From contig DYFC01000032.1 in NCBI GenBank assembly GCA_020725385.1, positions 1-64,000 of the forward strand: a stretch of 64,000 nucleotides of DNA, read 5' to 3'. A model generated the notes under the pieces. That model worked only from the letters and a program-made list of their open reading frames with translations. It made no database searches and had not been told where the DNA came from. Made by a program: the position numbers and the translations under genes. This DNA comes from Nitrospira japonica. Its GTDB lineage: Bacteria > Nitrospirota > Thermodesulfovibrionia > Thermodesulfovibrionales > SM23-35. Below, piece after piece: positions 21,952-31,970 of this stretch. The stretch's first letter is position 1. Each line of letters opens with the position of its first letter.

Positions 21952-22875
21952 ATGAAGAAATTCAGACTGTTAACAGCATTGATTGCATTAGTGTTGATGG
22001 TTCCATTTGCAGCATATGCAGGAATGATTAACCTGGGAGCATCGGGAGACCTTGCAAAGGGTCCTCAGGTTAAATACAAACCATCTGATGCGAATATCTC
22101 AATTGACTGGATCGCAGGGACACATTATCCAATAAATCCTAAGAAAACAGCTCTATTTGTAATTGACCCGCAGAAAGTTTATTCAGATCCATTCACCCCT
22201 GTTTTCTGGTGGGAAGCAGGTCAAATGTATGCTCCTGATCCGGTTGCTTTTTTTAGTGCATTAGGAACCGCGAACCAAAATAGTCCTTTACATTGTGACA
22301 AGTTTAATGAATCATGGGCTAATATTGTAAGCATCGCATCAGCATGTGCTGCAAAAGATATACCGGTGTTTGTAATTAAGCACGTTTATAATGCTGATGG
22401 TTCAAATTGTGGACGTTTATGTGACTTCAACCCGTTAGGTTCAATTTGTAACGGTGATACTTGCTGGGTAAAAGCATGGCTTCTCTGGAATGAAGCTGTT
22501 CCAACATCAGCCCTTGACCCCCGTGTTCAAACAGAATTAGTTCCTGCTTTAGGTGGAGACAATTATTATTATGCGGAAAAATCAACATATAGTTCTTTTG
22601 TAAAACCAGTAGCTGAAAAACTTAAAGATCTTGGTATAGATACTGTAATAATTACTGGTTACATGACCCAGTATTGCTCGGTCACAGCAACCCGTCACGG
22701 TCATGATCTTGGTTTTAAAATGATTAATGTAAAAGATGCAAACGACGGTCCGGTTCTCGAACAAGTTCTAAGCGGTGTAGATGAAAATGCAGCTATTCCT
22801 TTTTACCTGAGTATTCCGGTAGCTGATGTAATGGATACAAACACATTAATTAATCTTATTAACAACGCGAAATAA
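21952..22875 (+). CDS. Secreted isochorismatase-family cysteine hydrolase
   Basis: Signal peptide ending AYA; FVIDPQ (Asp), EKSTYSSF (Lys), TGYMTQYC (Cys) triad. Confidence 0.85.
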   Translation: MKKFRLLTALIALVLMVPFAAYAGMINLGASGDLAKGPQVKYKPSDANISIDWIAGTHYPINPKKTALFVIDPQKVYSDPFTPVFWWEAGQMYAPDPVAFFSALGTANQNSPLHCDKFNESWANIVSIASACAAKDIPVFVIKHVYNADGSNCGRLCDFNPLGSICNGDTCWVKAWLLWNEAVPTSALDPRVQTELVPALGGDNYYYAEKSTYSSFVKPVAEKLKDLGIDTVIITGYMTQYCSVTATRHGHDLGFKMINVKDANDGPVLEQVLSGVDENAAIPFYLSIPVADVMDTNTLINLINNAK

Positions 22876-22890
22876 AAAATAAGACATATA

Positions 22891-22930
22891 AAAAGGGGAA
22901 TTTTTATTTTGAATTCCCCTTTTATTTTTT
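22891..22930 (+). terminator. Intrinsic terminator (probably bidirectional)
   Basis: AAAAGGGGAATT...AATTCCCCTTTT followed by a T-run. Confidence 0.8.
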
Positions 22931-23024
22931 ATAGATATAAAGTTTATCAGATAAAATAAATCCCAAACAATATCTGTATTATTTAGGCTAAGTAACAGCA
23001 ATTCACGTCGAATTTTGAAAGCCT

Positions 23025-23107
23025 TAAGATTTCTCGCTTTGCTCGAAATGAGAATGAAAAAGGTTCGCATTGTCATTCCGAAGGAGTATAGGCGACTGAG
23101 GAATCTT
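23025..23107. repeat. REP-like element (AGATTTCTCGC..GCTCGAAATGA / GTCATTCCG..GAGGAATCT type)
   Basis: Paired half-elements typical of extragenic palindromic repeats; one copy in the window. Confidence 0.5.
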
Positions 23108-23264
23108 GCTTATTTTTCACCGTGAATTGCTGGATGGGTAAATCATACAATGACTTTTCTTTTTTTCTTTGATATACTTTTAATAATCTTAAATATATTA
23201 TGCCCCCTTAGTACAACCTCATTGAAGGAATGGCATTCAGGGGGTTTATTTTTAATGGGCCAAT

Positions 23265-23783
23265 ATGAGGAAATTGACAAAAAAACAAATTTTCGATATA
23301 GCAAAAAATATAAAATTACTAATTCTTGATGTTGACGGGGTATTAACAGATGGAAGCATAATACTTGATAATAACGGGAATGAGATAAAAGCATTTCATG
23401 TTAGGGACGGACACGGTATTGTGATGCTTTTGAAAAAAGGAATTAAAGTTGCTCTAATTACAGGAAGATATTCAAAAGTAGTAAAGATAAGAGCAAAAGA
23501 ACTCGGAATTAGAGATATATTTCAAAGATGTCGTGAAAAAGAAATTGCTTATAAAAAGCTTGCCGATAAATATAATCTTAAAGACAAAGAAATTGCATGT
23601 ATGGGAGATGATGTTGTAGATATTGAATTGCTTAAAATGTGTGGCTTACCGATTACAGTTGCGGATGCACACAATGAAGTTAAAGCTTATTCAATATTGA
23701 TAACAAAAGAAAGAGGCGGAAGAGGAGCGGTAAGAGAAGTGTGCGATTTCATACTAAAAGCTAAAGGGTTGTTTAAGAGTTAA
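23265..23783 (+). CDS. kdsC: KDO 8-phosphate phosphatase
   Basis: LDVDGVLTDG, FHVRDGHGI, GDDVVD, GGRGAVREV. Confidence 0.95.
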   Translation: MRKLTKKQIFDIAKNIKLLILDVDGVLTDGSIILDNNGNEIKAFHVRDGHGIVMLLKKGIKVALITGRYSKVVKIRAKELGIRDIFQRCREKEIAYKKLADKYNLKDKEIACMGDDVVDIELLKMCGLPITVADAHNEVKAYSILITKERGGRGAVREVCDFILKAKGLFKS

Positions 23784-23786
23784 GGT

Positions 23787-24320
23787 GTGAGCACTCTCAA
23801 ATTAAATATACCAACACTTTTAACTCTAAGTAGAATAATACTTATACCTGTGTTTATCTTTTCTGTTCGCCTGCATCCTATATTCGGCGCCATTATTTTC
23901 GGGATCGCTTCAATAACCGATTTTCTTGATGGATACCTTGCGAGACGGGCAGGGGATATTACAAAATTCGGGATAATTCTGGATCCAATTGCAGATAAAT
24001 TCCTTGTAATTTCAGCCTTGATTGTTCTTGTGGATATGGAAAGAATTGCTGCATGGATAGCTATCGTAATCATTGTAAGGGAATTCTTAATAACAGCACT
24101 TAGGGTAGTGGCGCTTTCAAAGGATATTGTGATTCCAGCAGAAATTGGCGGTAAGATTAAAACAGGTGTTCAGATTGCCGCAATTTTATGCCTTGTTTTA
24201 AACAAAGCTCTTTTTGATATTAATTTATATGACATTGGCATTGTTCTGATCTGGGCTGCTATGATTTTATCAATTATTTCCGGTGTTAAATATACAATAT
24301 CATTTGGTAAAAATTTATGA
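23787..24320 (+). CDS. pgsA: CDP-diacylglycerol--glycerol-3-phosphate 3-phosphatidyltransferase
   Basis: TDFLDGYLAR...FGIILDPIADK. Confidence 0.95.
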   Translation: MSTLKLNIPTLLTLSRIILIPVFIFSVRLHPIFGAIIFGIASITDFLDGYLARRAGDITKFGIILDPIADKFLVISALIVLVDMERIAAWIAIVIIVREFLITALRVVALSKDIVIPAEIGGKIKTGVQIAAILCLVLNKALFDINLYDIGIVLIWAAMILSIISGVKYTISFGKNL

Positions 24321-24910
24321 TAAAACTTCTTATACTTTTTTTAGTCTCATTTCTAATAGGTTCCATTCCTTTTGGTATAATAATAGCTAAGGCTAAAGGT
24401 GTTGATTTACGGAAAGCCGGTAGCGGAAACATTGGTGCTACAAATGTGCTTAGGTCGCTTGGAAAAAGCCCGGCATTATTTACCCTTTTAGGAGACATCT
24501 TGAAAGGAACACTGGCTGTAGCTGTTGGAAGATATTTTGGTCTTGACATTTTTAATACAGGGTTGGTATCTGTTGGTGCTATACTCGGACATAATTTCTC
24601 GATTTTTCTTGGCTTCAAAGGAGGCAAAGGAGTTGCCACGAGCATAGGAGTTCTAATTTTATATTCTCCTATAGCGGCTCTTATTACAATTGTTATATGG
24701 CTATTTACAGCTATTACAACCCGTTATTCTTCACTGGGTGCAATTGTATCTTTTTGTCTTCTACCACTGAATATATATTTTTTTGACATACAATATAAAG
24801 AAAAAATACTCATAGCTTTTATTATTACAATCTTGCTTATAGTAAGACATAGAGATAACATATACAGACTGCTCAGAGGCACCGAGAGGAAAATTGGTGA
24901 AAGAGCATGA
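24317..24910 (+). CDS. plsY: Glycerol-3-phosphate acyltransferase
   Basis: GSGNIGATNV, FKGGKGVAT, RHRDNIYRL. Confidence 0.96.
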   Translation: MIKLLILFLVSFLIGSIPFGIIIAKAKGVDLRKAGSGNIGATNVLRSLGKSPALFTLLGDILKGTLAVAVGRYFGLDIFNTGLVSVGAILGHNFSIFLGFKGGKGVATSIGVLILYSPIAALITIVIWLFTAITTRYSSLGAIVSFCLLPLNIYFFDIQYKEKILIAFIITILLIVRHRDNIYRLLRGTERKIGERA

Positions 24911-26574
24911 AAAAATACTTTATTATTCCAATTGTCCTAACATTGCTTTTAGTTTCAATTCTAAAGGCGGACAACCTTTATGAAAATCAACTTAACAAAG
25001 GGATAATAAACTCTGACCCTTATGCATATCTTTTGATCGAAAAAGCAAAAAATGATAAAGAAAAAGCAGGAAGTTTTCTTAAAGAAGCCTTAAAATTTTC
25101 GCCTGATCTGCCTGCTGTTTATTTCGAGCTTTCAAAAACGAGTTTCAATTTAACTTCGACCGGTTTTTTCCAGACAATAGATTATCTGAGACAGGGGATA
25201 GAGAAATACAGACATAATTTCTGGTGGTCTTTTATGTTAACAGCCACAATAACTTCAAGTATTCTGATTTCATTTTTCACTGCGATTCTTCTTTATATAT
25301 TAATAAGAATACCGATGGATCTTTCATTGTTTAAGCATGATATTGAAGAGAGCAGAATGAAACTATTACTATTGCTTGCCTTTATATTTTCGGTTCTTGG
25401 TCCATTATTTCTTCTCGGGAGTCTATTAATGCTTATAAGTTTTTATAGTAATAAATGGGGCAAGTCAATACTTTATTCCTACTTAGCTGTTCTTATTCTT
25501 TCTCCTGTTATACTTCATATCGTTTCACTTTTCTTTACTGCTCCTGCTTCAGCAGAATTGAAAGGAATTGTGGAGGTAAATGAGTCAAGAGGTAATAAGT
25601 ATGCTATTTCAATTTTGAAAGGAAACAATGATACTCCTGCACTTTTCTCTTATGCTCTTGCTTTGAAACGCGAAGGCAGATATGATGAGTCGGTTGAAGT
25701 CTATAATTCTCTTCTCAAAATAAAACCAGATTCACGTATTTATAATAATCTTGCGAATTGTTATTTTGCCACCGGTAATTTCGAAAAAGCCAGGGAGTTA
25801 TACCTAAAAGCAAAAGAAATAAAACAAACTCCTGCCATTTTCTATAATCTAAGTCAGGTATATAGAGAGACCCTTGATTTTGAAAAAGGTGAAGAATATT
25901 TTCTACAGGCGCAGAAAATGAACGAGGAAGCTGTTTCAATGTACAGGTCGATTGCCGGCAGAAATCCAAACAGATTAGTTATCGATGAAACGCTTTCATT
26001 CCCTGAAATTTGGGGCATAGCTAAGAACATCAAATTAAAGGCATCTACCATGGGTTTTTCTGTTGTAAAAACTTCTATAATACCTTTGATAGCTATCGGA
26101 ATGATTGCATTTTTTATATTTATTGACAGACGTTTTAAAAATCGGGCTTATCGGTGCAAAAGGTGCGGGAAAATTATCTGTCCTTTATGCGAAAAACATA
26201 TTTTGTGGGGACATATGTGCAGAAATTGTTATCGTTCCATTGTAAGAATAGATGAACTTGATGCAAAAGAAAGGGTGGCCCGTCTTCTTACTGTTTATGC
26301 TCATCAAACAAGGAGAAGAAACATTATCAAATTCTTATCTTTTATCTTACCCGGTTCAGCTCAAATATATGCAGGCAGTATTGTGCAAGGGTTTTTGGTT
26401 TTATGGGCATTTCTTTTCTTCCTTTTCCTTCCTTTTATGAATCGGGTATTTATTACAGAGGTTCCGGGTTCTATGCCACTTTGGTTCAATTTGTTATCAT
26501 TTACAATTCTTATAATCATCTATATTTTATCTAACTTAGTCACAAGACGGAGGGTTGCCAGAGGATGGCTTTAG
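24907..26574 (+). CDS. Membrane TPR protein with Cys cluster
   Basis: Several TM segments, TPR repeats (YNNLANCYF, YNLSQVY), CKRCG..CPLC..CRNC. Confidence 0.8.
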   Translation: MKKYFIIPIVLTLLLVSILKADNLYENQLNKGIINSDPYAYLLIEKAKNDKEKAGSFLKEALKFSPDLPAVYFELSKTSFNLTSTGFFQTIDYLRQGIEKYRHNFWWSFMLTATITSSILISFFTAILLYILIRIPMDLSLFKHDIEESRMKLLLLLAFIFSVLGPLFLLGSLLMLISFYSNKWGKSILYSYLAVLILSPVILHIVSLFFTAPASAELKGIVEVNESRGNKYAISILKGNNDTPALFSYALALKREGRYDESVEVYNSLLKIKPDSRIYNNLANCYFATGNFEKARELYLKAKEIKQTPAIFYNLSQVYRETLDFEKGEEYFLQAQKMNEEAVSMYRSIAGRNPNRLVIDETLSFPEIWGIAKNIKLKASTMGFSVVKTSIIPLIAIGMIAFFIFIDRRFKNRAYRCKRCGKIICPLCEKHILWGHMCRNCYRSIVRIDELDAKERVARLLTVYAHQTRRRNIIKFLSFILPGSAQIYAGSIVQGFLVLWAFLFFLFLPFMNRVFITEVPGSMPLWFNLLSFTILIIIYILSNLVTRRRVARGWL

Positions 26575-27614
26575 AGGGTTCTCTTAAAGATTTCGGGTTT
26601 GCAGATATATTACAATTGATCTTCTTCCAGAGGAAAACAGGAGTTCTGACTATTGAGGGAAGACTCGATAAAATCAGGCTGCTTTTTGTTGACGGTAATA
26701 TAACAGGCGCTGAATCAAAAAGAAGATCCGAAGCAAACAGGCTCGGGAAAGTTCTTGTAAAAAAGGGAGTTCTTAGCGAAGAACTTCTACAATCAATTCT
26801 CAAGGAACAGAAAAATACCAATGCAAAACTCGGGAATCTTATTGTCCGTAGAGGTATTGTTGAAAAAGATGATATAGAAGAAATTCTTGAAAATCAGATC
26901 AAAGAAACAGTCATCCAGATTTTTAACTGGAAGGACGGGACATATGAATTCACACCTATGGCTGTGCCTGTTGATAAAGAAATTCCTTTATCAATAGATA
27001 CACAGCACCTTCTTATGGAAGGTCTGCGTATAGTTGATGAATGGACTACAATTGAAGGCAAAATAACTCTTGATACTATCTTTAAAAAAACAGGGATAAT
27101 AGAAGCCGAACAATCCGAAGAGGAGAGAGAAATTCTTGAGCTTATTGATGGTGAAAATGATGTTAGCACAATTATAGATATTTCGGGCAAAGACGATTAT
27201 TCTGTCTCAAAAGTCCTTGTATCCCTCCTTGATAAAGGTATTATTGAAGCAAAAGAGGCCAAACCATTAATTGCTGTACAAACCGTAATAACAGAAGAAA
27301 AACCCGCACTATCATATACTTTTCTTCCTTTAATAATAATCATTGTTGCAATAATTATTTCATCATTTCCTGTTTTTATGGAATCGGGTGATATTTTAAA
27401 GAATTTTATTGCTTCAAAAGATATAAATGAGTTCAGGATAAAAATTGAGGCTTATAAATTGTCTTCCGGTGAATACCCTGCTGATGCGGATTCTATTATC
27501 CGGAAATCAGACCCGTGGCATCAACCCTATATTTACAGAAACTCGGGTGAATATTTCACACTTTTAAGTTCGGGACCTGATAAAATATCCGGCACACCGG
27601 ATGATATTTATTAA
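26565..27614 (+). CDS. DUF4388 protein with C-terminal GspG-like domain
   Basis: MALEGSLKDFGFADILQL N-terminus; TM segment; DPWHQPYIY..LLSSGPDK..GTPDDI. Confidence 0.8.
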   Translation: MALEGSLKDFGFADILQLIFFQRKTGVLTIEGRLDKIRLLFVDGNITGAESKRRSEANRLGKVLVKKGVLSEELLQSILKEQKNTNAKLGNLIVRRGIVEKDDIEEILENQIKETVIQIFNWKDGTYEFTPMAVPVDKEIPLSIDTQHLLMEGLRIVDEWTTIEGKITLDTIFKKTGIIEAEQSEEEREILELIDGENDVSTIIDISGKDDYSVSKVLVSLLDKGIIEAKEAKPLIAVQTVITEEKPALSYTFLPLIIIIVAIIISSFPVFMESGDILKNFIASKDINEFRIKIEAYKLSSGEYPADADSIIRKSDPWHQPYIYRNSGEYFTLLSSGPDKISGTPDDIY

Positions 27615-27620
27615 ACCTAT

Positions 27621-28388
27621 ATGAAAGCAGTAGTACTTTTAAGCGGGGGTATCGATTCCTCAACTTCTCTTGCAATAGCGAAATCCCGTGGATTTGACAT
27701 ATACGCAATAACTTTTGATTATAAACAAAGACATAAAAGAGAACTCGAATCCGCAAAAATGATTGCTTCAGCTCTTGGTGTAAAGAAACATCTTTTTATA
27801 AAATTCGACCTGAGTGAAATAGGGGGCTCTGCCTTGACTACAGCAATTGAAGTCCCCAAATCAAATTTAACTTCTGATTTAGAGTCCGGCAGTATAATTC
27901 CTGTTACTTATGTTCCTGCACGTAATACCATATTTCTCTCTTTTGCACTTGCATGGGCAGAGGTAATCGGGTCTGGAGACATTTTTATAGGTGCGAATGC
28001 TGTAGATTATAGCGGATACCCTGACTGTAGACCCGAATATATAAGAGCTTTCGAGAACATGGCAAATCTTGCCACAAAAATTTCGGTTGAAGGCAAAGTC
28101 CGTTTCAAAATTCATGCTCCGCTTATTTCAATGTCAAAAGCAGAAATAATAAAAGAAGGTATAAAACTCGGGCTCGATTATTCATTGACATGGAGTTGCT
28201 ATGACCCACAACCTGTAAAAAACAAAAAACAAAAAACAAAATTCAAAATTCAAAATATTAAAACTCAAGATTCAAGATTCAAAATTCAAAACCCTGAATT
28301 TATTCCCTGCGGGAAATGCGATAGCTGTATTTTCAGGCATAAAGGATTCGCTGAAGCAGGGATTAAAGACCCTCTTCTTGAAAAATGA
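27621..28388 (+). CDS. queC: 7-cyano-7-deazaguanine synthase with repeat-derived insertion
   Basis: SGGIDS, TYVPARN, YPDCRPE, WSCY...CGKCDSC. Confidence 0.96.
   Translation: MKAVVLLSGGIDSSTSLAIAKSRGFDIYAITFDYKQRHKRELESAKMIASALGVKKHLFIKFDLSEIGGSALTTAIEVPKSNLTSDLESGSIIPVTYVPARNTIFLSFALAWAEVIGSGDIFIGANAVDYSGYPDCRPEYIRAFENMANLATKISVEGKVRFKIHAPLISMSKAEIIKEGIKLGLDYSLTWSCYDPQPVKNKKQKTKFKIQNIKTQDSRFKIQNPEFIPCGKCDSCIFRHKGFAEAGIKDPLLEK
28217..28294 (+). repeat. Degenerate heptamer tandem repeat (AAAATTC/AAGATTC, about 11 units) inside queC
   Basis: aaaaaac x3, aaaattc x2, aaaatatt, aaaactc, aagattc x2, aaaattc, aaaaccc. Confidence 0.85.
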
Positions 28389-28789
28389 TAAAATTAAGAG
28401 GACATCATCTTATCTGCCTTCATTTTTTCTCGGGTGAGGGTTTTTCGGATGAATTTGTCAATAATCTTAAAGACTTACGAAAACGTTTAACTGAAGGAGA
28501 AACAATAAATACAGGTAATCAAGCGGATGATGTATGTAAAGTATGCGGGTATCTCAGAAATGAAAAATGTCTTTACAATGAGAATGCGGATATTGAAATA
28601 GTGAATATGGATAAAACTGCGGTAACTCTACTGGAAGTAGAACAGGCTGCAAATATCAAATGGCAAGAAATTAATGCCAAATTGCCATCCATTTTTAAAA
28701 CATGGTATATGAAATATTGCATTGATTGCGATTGGCTCGATATATGCAAAAAGAATGACGGGTTCTTAAAACTCATTGCAACCCTGTAG
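28385..28789 (+). CDS. DUF1284 family protein
   Basis: [25 protein letters not shown]. Confidence 0.88.
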   Translation: MIKLRGHHLICLHFFSGEGFSDEFVNNLKDLRKRLTEGETINTGNQADDVCKVCGYLRNEKCLYNENADIEIVNMDKTAVTLLEVEQAANIKWQEINAKLPSIFKTWYMKYCIDCDWLDICKKNDGFLKLIATL

Positions 28790-28858
28790 GAATGGAGAGT
28801 ACCTGATATAGAAAATTTAAGAAAACTCAAGGTTAATTTTGACGAGATACAAAAAGCA

Positions 28859-29350
28859 ATGGAAGATATTGTAAGGGATTCCTTTGATTATTTTCTCGAC
28901 CGCACATCAGGAGAAGTAATTGCATTTTCCGAGCAGATACTAAATGAAGTTAAGGCAAGGCTCTATGATACTGATGATGAAGAAATAGATGAAGATATTG
29001 AATATATTGAATATGATGAGATTCCCGAATTGCCTGACTGGATGGAAGACGAGGTAGAACTCGCTATGGAGATACTTTTTGATGTTGAAAATAGATATAT
29101 AAGGATACCCGAGAGAAATTCTGGTATGGCTTTTAATTCGATGATTGAATTTGTAAAAACAGTTGAAGATGAAGAACTAAAAAATATCTTAACCAAGTCT
29201 CTTGAAGGCAAAGGGGCATTCAGAAAATTTAAGGATGCCCTTATTAATTATCCAAGGGAAAGAAAAAGATGGCACGGCTTTAATGCAAAGGCTGTAAAAC
29301 TCGAGATAATCGAATGGCTTAAGTCAATAGGAATCGAACCTGAAACATAA
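28859..29350 (+). CDS. UPF0158 family protein (may extend upstream)
   Basis: FLDRTSGEV, GKGAFRKFKDAL, WLKSIGI. Confidence 0.88.
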   Translation: MEDIVRDSFDYFLDRTSGEVIAFSEQILNEVKARLYDTDDEEIDEDIEYIEYDEIPELPDWMEDEVELAMEILFDVENRYIRIPERNSGMAFNSMIEFVKTVEDEELKNILTKSLEGKGAFRKFKDALINYPRERKRWHGFNAKAVKLEIIEWLKSIGIEPET

Positions 29351-29489
29351 CAATAGATATTGTCCTGAACAATTTTCTTACGCAACTTGCATAATCCGGT
29401 TTACAAGATTCCTCTTCCGGGTTAATGTTGATTTAGTATTATGTTGTCTGCAAAAATATATAATCAAGGTAATCTAATAAGGACAAAAA

Positions 29490-30494
29490 ATGAATTATAA
29501 GAAATTAATTTCAGAATTCAAAAATAAAAAGATTCTCGTTGTAGGCGATATTATTCTCGACAGATATATCTGGGGAAAGGTTAATCGTATATCTCCTGAA
29601 GCGCCTGTTCCTGTTGTTGAAGTAACAGACGAAGTTTTTCATTTAGGCGGGGCATCAAATGTAGCAAACAATATTGTTTCATTAGGCGGTAGAGCATCAA
29701 TAGCAGGTGTTGCAGGAAGTGATGACAGAGGTGGAGAAATACTCAGAAGAATGTTTGATTCAACCGGGATTACATATGATGGAGTCTGCTGGACATCGAG
29801 ACCGACTACAATGAAGACACGTGTCATAGCCCATAGCCAGCAGGTTGTGAGATTTGATAGAGAAGATAAGAACAGGATTGAAGGCAAAACACTCAAAAAA
29901 TTAATTGATTATATAAGATTTGAAATCCCGGGCTATGATGCAGTAATTATATCAGACTATAAAAAAGGTGTTGTTTCAACTAAACTTGTTCGGGAAATAA
30001 TAAAATATGCAAAACCTGAAAATATCTTTGTTGCTGTTGACCCGAAGGTCGGACATTTCCATTGCTATAAGAATGTTTCTTTAATAACACCCAATTTAAA
30101 TGAAGCTTCACAGGCTTCCGGGATAGATATAGTTGATGAAAGAACATTATTAAGCGCCGGGAATCTTCTGATGAAAAAGCTTTCCTGTGACTCGGTTTTA
30201 ATCACACGCGGTGAACATGGGATGAGTCTCTTCAGAAAAGACTCAGTAGTGCATATACCCACTGTTGCGAAAAACGTTTATGATGTAACAGGAGCCGGCG
30301 ATACTGTTATTGCTGCCTTTACACTTGCACATGCTGCCGGAGCAAATCTCGAAGAGTCGGCAATTATCGCAAACCATGCAGGAGGTATCGTGGTCGGAGA
30401 AGTTGGCACTGCTGTTGTTAAACCGGAACAATTACTTAAATCATTGAACTCAAAAAATGGCAAAAGCAATATCATTGTTCTCAGGAGGACTTGA
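29490..30494 (+). CDS. hldA: D-glycero-beta-D-manno-heptose 7-phosphate kinase (HldE kinase half)
   Basis: RISPEAPVPV, SDYKKG, DVTGAGDTV. Confidence 0.92.
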   Translation: MNYKKLISEFKNKKILVVGDIILDRYIWGKVNRISPEAPVPVVEVTDEVFHLGGASNVANNIVSLGGRASIAGVAGSDDRGGEILRRMFDSTGITYDGVCWTSRPTTMKTRVIAHSQQVVRFDREDKNRIEGKTLKKLIDYIRFEIPGYDAVIISDYKKGVVSTKLVREIIKYAKPENIFVAVDPKVGHFHCYKNVSLITPNLNEASQASGIDIVDERTLLSAGNLLMKKLSCDSVLITRGEHGMSLFRKDSVVHIPTVAKNVYDVTGAGDTVIAAFTLAHAAGANLEESAIIANHAGGIVVGEVGTAVVKPEQLLKSLNSKNGKSNIIVLRRT

Positions 30495-31449
30495 CAGCAC
30501 ACTGGCAATCCTTGTTTTAAAAAAACAGGGGATTGATGTTACAGCCATACGTTTCACAACTCCTTTTGAACCTGAAGCCCAACTTTCACATAAAAAAGAT
30601 TATGATGAACTTTCTGTGAGGTTCGGGTTTAGTCTTCAAATTCATAAGCTGGAAGACGAGTTTATCGAAATTGTAAAACACCCGAAACACGGCTATGGTA
30701 AAAACATGAATCCATGTATTGACTGCAGGATTCTTATGTTAAAAAAGGCGAAAAAAATAATGCTGGAATCCGGAGCAGATTTTATTGCAACAGGTGAGGT
30801 GATAGGTCAAAGACCCATGAGTCAGAAAAAAGATATGCTCTACCACATTGACAAAGAAGCTGAGTTAACAGGGTATGTTTTACGTCCTTTATGCGCTGGG
30901 CTTTTAAGAAAAACAATTCCTGAAGAGAAAGGAATAGTTCATAGAGATATGCTTTATAGCTTCAGCGGGCGTTCAAGAAAACCCCAGATGCAACTCGCAA
31001 AAGAACTGGGGCTTGATAAATATCCATCCCCGGCAGGAGGGTGTCTTCTCACAGACCCTATATTCTCACTAAAACTCAAAGATTTGCTGATTCATAAGCC
31101 ATCTCCTGAGATGAGAGAAATCGAATTACTAAAAATAGGAAGACATTTCCGTCTCTCCCCTAAATGCAAAATAGTAGCCGGTAGAGATAGTATAGAAAAT
31201 AATATTATTCAGTCTCTGTCATCAGATGATGATTATATTTTAAATGTCAAAGAATACGGGAGTCCATTGGTTCTTTTAACCGGTGATGCCCCGGAAAAAG
31301 ATATTGAGACCGCAGCCTCTATATGCGCGAGATATTCTGATGCAAAGAATTTGAATTCTGTTGAAGTAAGTGTTCTAAAAAATGGACAATGTAATATTAT
31401 TCAGGTTCATCCTGCTGACGATGATTTTATTAATAGCATAAGGATCTAA
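30457..31449 (+). CDS. ThiI/MnmA-like PP-loop tRNA sulfur-modification protein with DUF814-like C-terminus
   Basis: SGGLDS, NPCIDC, GEVIGQRPMSQ, PAGGCLLTD, GRHFR. Confidence 0.8.
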   Translation: MAKAISLFSGGLDSTLAILVLKKQGIDVTAIRFTTPFEPEAQLSHKKDYDELSVRFGFSLQIHKLEDEFIEIVKHPKHGYGKNMNPCIDCRILMLKKAKKIMLESGADFIATGEVIGQRPMSQKKDMLYHIDKEAELTGYVLRPLCAGLLRKTIPEEKGIVHRDMLYSFSGRSRKPQMQLAKELGLDKYPSPAGGCLLTDPIFSLKLKDLLIHKPSPEMREIELLKIGRHFRLSPKCKIVAGRDSIENNIIQSLSSDDDYILNVKEYGSPLVLLTGDAPEKDIETAASICARYSDAKNLNSVEVSVLKNGQCNIIQVHPADDDFINSIRI

Positions 31450-31458
31450 AAATTTTCT

Positions 31459-31956
31459 ATGAAAATTGAATTCATTGAAGTTACAACTCAAGAACAGATT
31501 GACACTTTAGAAAAACTTGCCTGCGAGATTTGGACAGAGCATTACACTCCTATAATCGGCAGGGAACAGGTTGAATATATGCTAAATAAATATCAGACAA
31601 AAGATGCTATATTTTCACAGATAAAAGATGAAGGTTACAGATATTTTTTAATTCAAAGTGAAAGACAGGCAAAAGGATATATAGCTGTTTTACCAAAAAA
31701 AGAAAGTTTATTTTTAAGCAAATATTATGTTCATATATCTCACCGTAGAAAAGGCATAGGCAGAAAAGCCTTAGAATTTATCGAACAACTTGCTAATGAT
31801 TTAAAGCTTAAAAAGATTTATTTAACTGTAAATAAAAACAATAAAACTGCTATTACAGTCTATGAGAAGATGGGATTTAGGAATACAGGCCCGATTGTTA
31901 CAGATATTGGCAATGGTTTTGTTATGGATGACTATAAAATGGAAAAGGATATTTAA
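31459..31956 (+). CDS. GNAT N-acetyltransferase
   Basis: HRRKGIG acetyl-CoA motif, LTVNKNN..AI..YEKMGF. Confidence 0.9.
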   Translation: MKIEFIEVTTQEQIDTLEKLACEIWTEHYTPIIGREQVEYMLNKYQTKDAIFSQIKDEGYRYFLIQSERQAKGYIAVLPKKESLFLSKYYVHISHRRKGIGRKALEFIEQLANDLKLKKIYLTVNKNNKTAITVYEKMGFRNTGPIVTDIGNGFVMDDYKMEKDI

Positions 31957-31970
31957 CCTATAATTAAATT

